From: Adineta vaga
Taxonomy: Eukaryota > Animalia > Rotifera
Direction of reading: 5' to 3'
NCBI GenBank assembly: GCA_021613535.1
Contig: CP075492.1
Span: 13,330,001-13,394,000 of the forward strand
DNA length: 64,000 bases
The translations under genes and the position numbers were made by a program. The notes under the pieces are model-generated. The model saw nothing but the letters and a program-made list of their open reading frames with translations, made no database searches and was not told where the DNA came from. Shown piece by piece: positions 59,305 to 64,000 of the stretch. The first letter of the stretch is position 1, and each line of letters starts with the position of its first letter.

Positions 59305-62007
59305 ATGATATTCTTCTCACGAAACCTTCATTGGTCATGGTTACATCTACTATTTGTCCTAACACATGTTACAGCAGATTGGCCTTCGACGAATTCATCC
59401 AACGTGAAACTGTTAGGTCTCTTTTATGATATATCAAACGTAACGGAAACCACGACATGGTCTCTTCATGCTCGTGCGATGTTCAAGTCGGCAATCATTC
59501 TTTCTCATCGTTATAACATCACTATACAACAACATCTTATTGGATGGCAATCAGCCCAAACTGCAGGTGATCCTATGACTGCTCTCGGAACAACATGTCA
59601 ACTGATGACCAACTCCAACATTCTTGGTATCGTCGGGCCTCCATTATCGAGAGAATCTGTCATTCTTGCACCGTTCGCCGCACGAGTTGGTATTCCTCAT
59701 ATTTCCTATGCAGCCACAGATCCGGCATTGTCTGATAGAAGTACTTATTCTACTTTCTATCGCACAGTTCCATCAGACAACACAGCTGCACTAGCCATTG
59801 CTCAGCTTTTCATTCGTTTCAACTGGACATCCACTATCATCATCTATCAGAATGATGCATATGGATCTGGTGGAGCAACAGCCATCATTGACACATTCGA
59901 TCGAATGAATCTCAGTGTTGCACAATCAATCGTCTTTGACATCGTATCCATGTCGATCCGAGGAAATCTCAAAACTCTTCTCACCTCTAGTCAAACACGC
60001 ATTGTCATCTTATGGACGGAATCAAACTACGCTCGTTTGACATTAGAAGAAGCTATTCGATCTGATGTTCTTGCTCCACATTTCATCTGGATACTAAGTG
60101 CAAATATTCCACTCGACAGTTTCAACAGTACTACTGACTATGAAAAGCTAAGCGGTATGCTCACAGTCGAACCAGTCGTTGGAAGTGTTGTTGGTGCATC
60201 GATTAATACTACATTGTTGACTGCAGCATTCGACATCTGGAAAGAATATGAACCAGCATCATTTCCTGGATCAGACAATGTTATGAACTATGCATTGTTC
60301 GCATTCGATGCCACTTGGATGTTGATTCAAGGTCTCGTTGAACTATGTTCACAAACAACATCCAACATTTCATCGACATCATCATGTGTATCCTTTACAG
60401 GTGATTCATTTTGTTTCAATCGACGATTTGTACATTCAGATGAGTTCATTAATATTCTTGATCGTCGTTTGTTTCGTGGTGTAACAGGGCCTGTTGAGTT
60501 CAATAGTAATACAACAGATCGAGTGGATGGAAACTATTACATTGCAAAAAATGTACAGCGATCTTCAAGCACCTGGAACTATGTTCCGATATTAGTTTGG
60601 TCTGATTCAAGTGGATGGACAAGAAATGCACAAACAAATGTGATTATTTGGCCCAATAATTCGTTGACAATTCCACACGATTATGCTACTATAGCTGGTG
60701 TCAACGTGCGAATTGCATGGATTGAATCAATTCCATTCTTGAAGAAAACAGAAGTGCTTAGTGGGACTGATGTACTATCAACTAAATTCGTCGGATACAT
60801 ACCTGATCTAATTACGGAATTGCAAAATCGAATGGGATTCGTTGCTAATTATACATATTTTTCAGCCGGTCAGTCTTATAATGAACTTGTCGATGCAGTA
60901 GCTAATGGTACTTTCGATATGTTCATTGGTGATGTCACAGTAACTTCTGCACGAAGAGAAAAAGTTGCATTTTCAAGTACTATCTTTGATAATTCATTAC
61001 GTATCATTGTACGAAAATCGGTCGATGATCAGTTAGATCTTTGGTCATTTCTCAAACCATTTTCCAGTAAACTTTGGATCACTTCTTTTGCAGCAATAAT
61101 ATATGCTGGATTGATAATTTCCATCATAGAAAGAGATGAAAATGAAGCTCTTCAAGATCGATCATTCATATCATTGATTGCAATGAGTATGTGGTTTTCA
61201 TTTGGTACAATCACAGGATTTGGTGTTGATTTTCATGTTACAACAGCTGCGGGTCGTATTCTAACCATTGGTTTGTATATTTTAGGTTTAGTTTTAGTTG
61301 CAGCATATACGGCAAACTTGGCATCCGATTTGACATTGAAGAAATCAATAGGTACTATTTCTGGAATTGAAGACATAAGAGATGGAAAAGTTCCATATAG
61401 TCGTGTTGGTATCCCTCTTGATACATCTGTCGAAGACTATTATTTGAGAGAGATCTCTGGTGGAAATCGGAATTTCTATCCATTAAAATCAACCGATGAT
61501 TTATATGATGCTTTATTAAACAATATAATTGATGCATCAGTTATGGATGCTGGTGTTCTAGAATATGCAACTGGAAATACGTACTGTAATTTGACTTTAG
61601 TCAGTGCAGATTTCGATCGAAGCGCATTTGGAATTGTTTTTCAAAAAGACTGGTTATATGAACAGAATCTAGATGTGACTATTCTTTCCATTAGAGAAGC
61701 AGGTATATTCGATAAGCTCAAATTAAAATGGTTTCAACCAAGTACTTGTTCCTATTCAGATGCAACATCAACTGCAATGTCGATCGAATCAATGGCTGGC
61801 TTATTCTTAACGTTTGCAGTAATAAGTGCACTTGCAGTGTTATGGTTTATATCGGAAAAACGTTCGATGATTAAAAAGACCGTATTTTTTTGCGATAAAA
61901 AAACATTAAATGATGAAAATGAATCGTTAACAAGAGATGAAAGTCAAAATTTCTCGGATGAGTCTGTACGACGTAAATCATCTGTATTCTCTATAATATA
62001 TATGTAA
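59305..62007 (+). CDS. Intronless ionotropic glutamate receptor (AvGluR1/GLR-like), 900 aa
   Basis: ANF-type ATD (GIVGP, ISYAATDPALS, FYRTVPSD); S1 GDVTVTSARRE; M1-P-M3 with AYTANLAS; S2; M4 SMAGLF; pore TITGFG. Confidence 0.92.
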   Translation: MIFFSRNLHWSWLHLLFVLTHVTADWPSTNSSNVKLLGLFYDISNVTETTTWSLHARAMFKSAIILSHRYNITIQQHLIGWQSAQTAGDPMTALGTTCQLMTNSNILGIVGPPLSRESVILAPFAARVGIPHISYAATDPALSDRSTYSTFYRTVPSDNTAALAIAQLFIRFNWTSTIIIYQNDAYGSGGATAIIDTFDRMNLSVAQSIVFDIVSMSIRGNLKTLLTSSQTRIVILWTESNYARLTLEEAIRSDVLAPHFIWILSANIPLDSFNSTTDYEKLSGMLTVEPVVGSVVGASINTTLLTAAFDIWKEYEPASFPGSDNVMNYALFAFDATWMLIQGLVELCSQTTSNISSTSSCVSFTGDSFCFNRRFVHSDEFINILDRRLFRGVTGPVEFNSNTTDRVDGNYYIAKNVQRSSSTWNYVPILVWSDSSGWTRNAQTNVIIWPNNSLTIPHDYATIAGVNVRIAWIESIPFLKKTEVLSGTDVLSTKFVGYIPDLITELQNRMGFVANYTYFSAGQSYNELVDAVANGTFDMFIGDVTVTSARREKVAFSSTIFDNSLRIIVRKSVDDQLDLWSFLKPFSSKLWITSFAAIIYAGLIISIIERDENEALQDRSFISLIAMSMWFSFGTITGFGVDFHVTTAAGRILTIGLYILGLVLVAAYTANLASDLTLKKSIGTISGIEDIRDGKVPYSRVGIPLDTSVEDYYLREISGGNRNFYPLKSTDDLYDALLNNIIDASVMDAGVLEYATGNTYCNLTLVSADFDRSAFGIVFQKDWLYEQNLDVTILSIREAGIFDKLKLKWFQPSTCSYSDATSTAMSIESMAGLFLTFAVISALAVLWFISEKRSMIKKTVFFCDKKTLNDENESLTRDESQNFSDESVRRKSSVFSIIYM

Positions 62008-62126
62008 AAATAAAAGACTATTTTCTGTACAATTTTATTTGATATATTAAATATCAACAAAAGAAAACTATTGAATAATCATATTTTAACTGATAAAACA
62101 GTAGTACTCATAGGATCTCTGTACTA

Positions 62127-63117
62127 TTATGTTTGATCACATATTGTACTTAATGGCCGAATTTGTATTGCACGCTGGCAGCATGATATTCGATGTTTAA
62201 CAATAGACCGAAATCGACTTGATGTAATTATGAACATATAAAAGTTTCCCTAGAAAAGAAAGATGCAACGTTTGTATATATTATCCTTGAAGATTAAGAC
62301 AGTAACATACGACAAAATAGATATTTGTTGCTAATGCAACAATATTCGAAACAAATACTTCTTTCATTTGTCGATCTGCACTTTTAACACTGTCACTTGT
62401 AATTGACATATAAGCAGAACTGATACCTGATGGAATGACACTAATCATAATAAGTAGAACTTGTATCAATGTCATTTGTGTTACTTGCCGATCAGCACGT
62501 TGTTCAACAAGAACAATTGACTGACTAATATTTCGAAATGTACAATATCCAAATAGAACAACAATTAGAACTGGAATAACACAGAGTAAAATCAAAGTAT
62601 ATCCAACAATATAATTACGATAGATAGGATTGGTTATAAGACACATTTTACTTTCCAATTCAATATTGTAATAAACTAGAAAAGGAATTCCATGTAGACA
62701 CCAGATAATAATCATACCGAATGTAATTCGATGCGTTCGTTTGATATTACTGTATTGACGAAGAAGAACATTTTTTGATGTAATTAAAAACTGATCTACG
62801 GTGGCCATACATGAGCACGTCAATGAAATTAAGGCCAAAACTGAAACGAGAAAGGGACGCATTTTACACCAAACTATCGAAGATGAAGTCAAATCAAGTT
62901 CGTAACCAACACTAAGAATTCGAACGGTAAGAATTATTATAATATACAAACAGTTGGTTATTGAACTGAGAAGAAAACAAAATGTCGAAGGATTTTTACG
63001 ATATGTAGCTGTACTCGACAAAATGAAGACATTCATACCATTACCAATAACACCTATAATAAAAAGGAATATACCAATATAGATCGTTAATTGTTGACCA
63101 AGATATGTCAATGTCAT
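62127..63117 (-). CDS. Orphan class A GPCR (2 exons)
   Basis: GVIGNGMN, WCKMR, ATVDQF, second exon GNFYMFIITSSRFR. Confidence 0.85.
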
Positions 63118-63587
63118 AGTTATTTGTTCTTGTTATTGTAACAGATTGTTTGTAGTTAGTTAAGTAAATATAAAATGCAAATAAAATAAAAATCTAATTA
63201 TCGAGTATTTTCAAGTATTGATCATCTTATAGTCAACAGTACTTATATTTGTTCGTACAATTTCATTCTAGAAATAAATTCTAATCAAGCGATATATACG
63301 AATGTATTTATTTAAAATCTAAAACAATACAATAAGAAACTCAACAATATTACAAATGTTTCTTTTTATGAACAACAGAAAGAAATAAAATTGCTAAGAG
63401 TTGCAGTTATTAAGAGTGAAGTAAAATAGTCAACTAATTTCCATTAAGTAATGACATTTCCATGATTACTAACTAAAGAATGAAATATTAGAATAATCAT
63501 GCGTAACTGTTTTCAAAAAAAAATGTTGAGTAACAAGCAAGTAAAATAACTTATATAAATGTTTTAAGTTTTACAACATATAATTTA

Positions 63588-64000
63588 TCATCTGGGATGA
63601 ATTCGATGCCACACTGATAATCGACTTTTTACCGTTCGACGAAATCGATTTGATGTGATTAAAAACATATAAAAATTTCCCTGAAAGAATAGAAATGAAA
63701 ATTTAAAAAGTAAAAAATAAAACACAACTTACGACATAATAAAAATAAGATATAAGAATAAATATAGTCGAAGCTAACAATTCTTTAACAAGACGATCAA
63801 GATTTTTAACTATTTGATTCGTAAGAATATTATATGCCATATAACTTCCGTATGGAACCATACTAATGATCATCAATAGAATTTGAATCAACATCATTTT
63901 GATTAACTGTCGATCAGCTTGTTGTTCAGCAAGAATTCTTGTCAAATGAATATTTCGATACGTTAAATATCCAAATATACTCATTATTATTATTGGTACA
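63588..64000 (-). CDS. 3' part of a paralogous orphan GPCR (runs off the window)
   Basis: FGYLTYRNI, ADRQLIKM, last exon GNFYMFLITSNRFRR; paralog of 62127..63117. Confidence 0.8.

Noticed and set aside
1-64000. CRISPR arrays, rRNA, intact transposons or a prokaryotic contig origin
   Set aside because: No spaced direct repeats, transposase or RT ORFs seen; spliceosomal introns and Hox/Irx genes show animal nuclear DNA.

Overview
AT-rich eukaryotic animal DNA with very short (about 45-60 nt) GT-AG introns and dense genes. The gene content points to a bdelloid rotifer (Adineta-like), which is an inference: tandem orphan class-A GPCRs, toxin-like ADP-ribosyltransferases, bacterial-type TerB and DUF2059 genes, and an AvGluR1-like glutamate receptor with a K+-channel-like pore motif. 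Left to right: the 3' end of CCDC6; GTDC1/QTMAN directly followed by QTRT1; a myristoylated tyrosine kinase; an AIG1/GIMAP-like GTPase and its decayed copy; a TerB-like gene; a Ly6 gene; a secreted Cys-rich protein; three tandem GPCRs (middle one a pseudogene); an isolated Hox4/Dfd; a GPCR pseudogene; an ART; TM9SF1; tRNA-His; an unusual insulin-like peptide; Iroquois; DUF2059; an ART-ARH fusion; GGA; a BAR-RhoGAP; NGLY1; a PAL-like lyase with a homeobox gene nested antisense in an intron; TBCE; ERCC1; a minimal membrane MMP; an iGluR; and two GPCRs. Strongest leads: (1) a tightly linked queuosine tRNA-modification pair (Q-mannosyltransferase plus queuine tRNA-ribosyltransferase) with a structured intron; (2) operon-like gene spacing, the extreme case being ERCC1-TBCE with a 34-nt gap holding only AATAAA and a splice acceptor; (3) an ADP-ribosylation writer/eraser fusion with a degenerate eraser; (4) a nested divergent homeobox gene. 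All exon boundaries were read by eye and no database searches were run.
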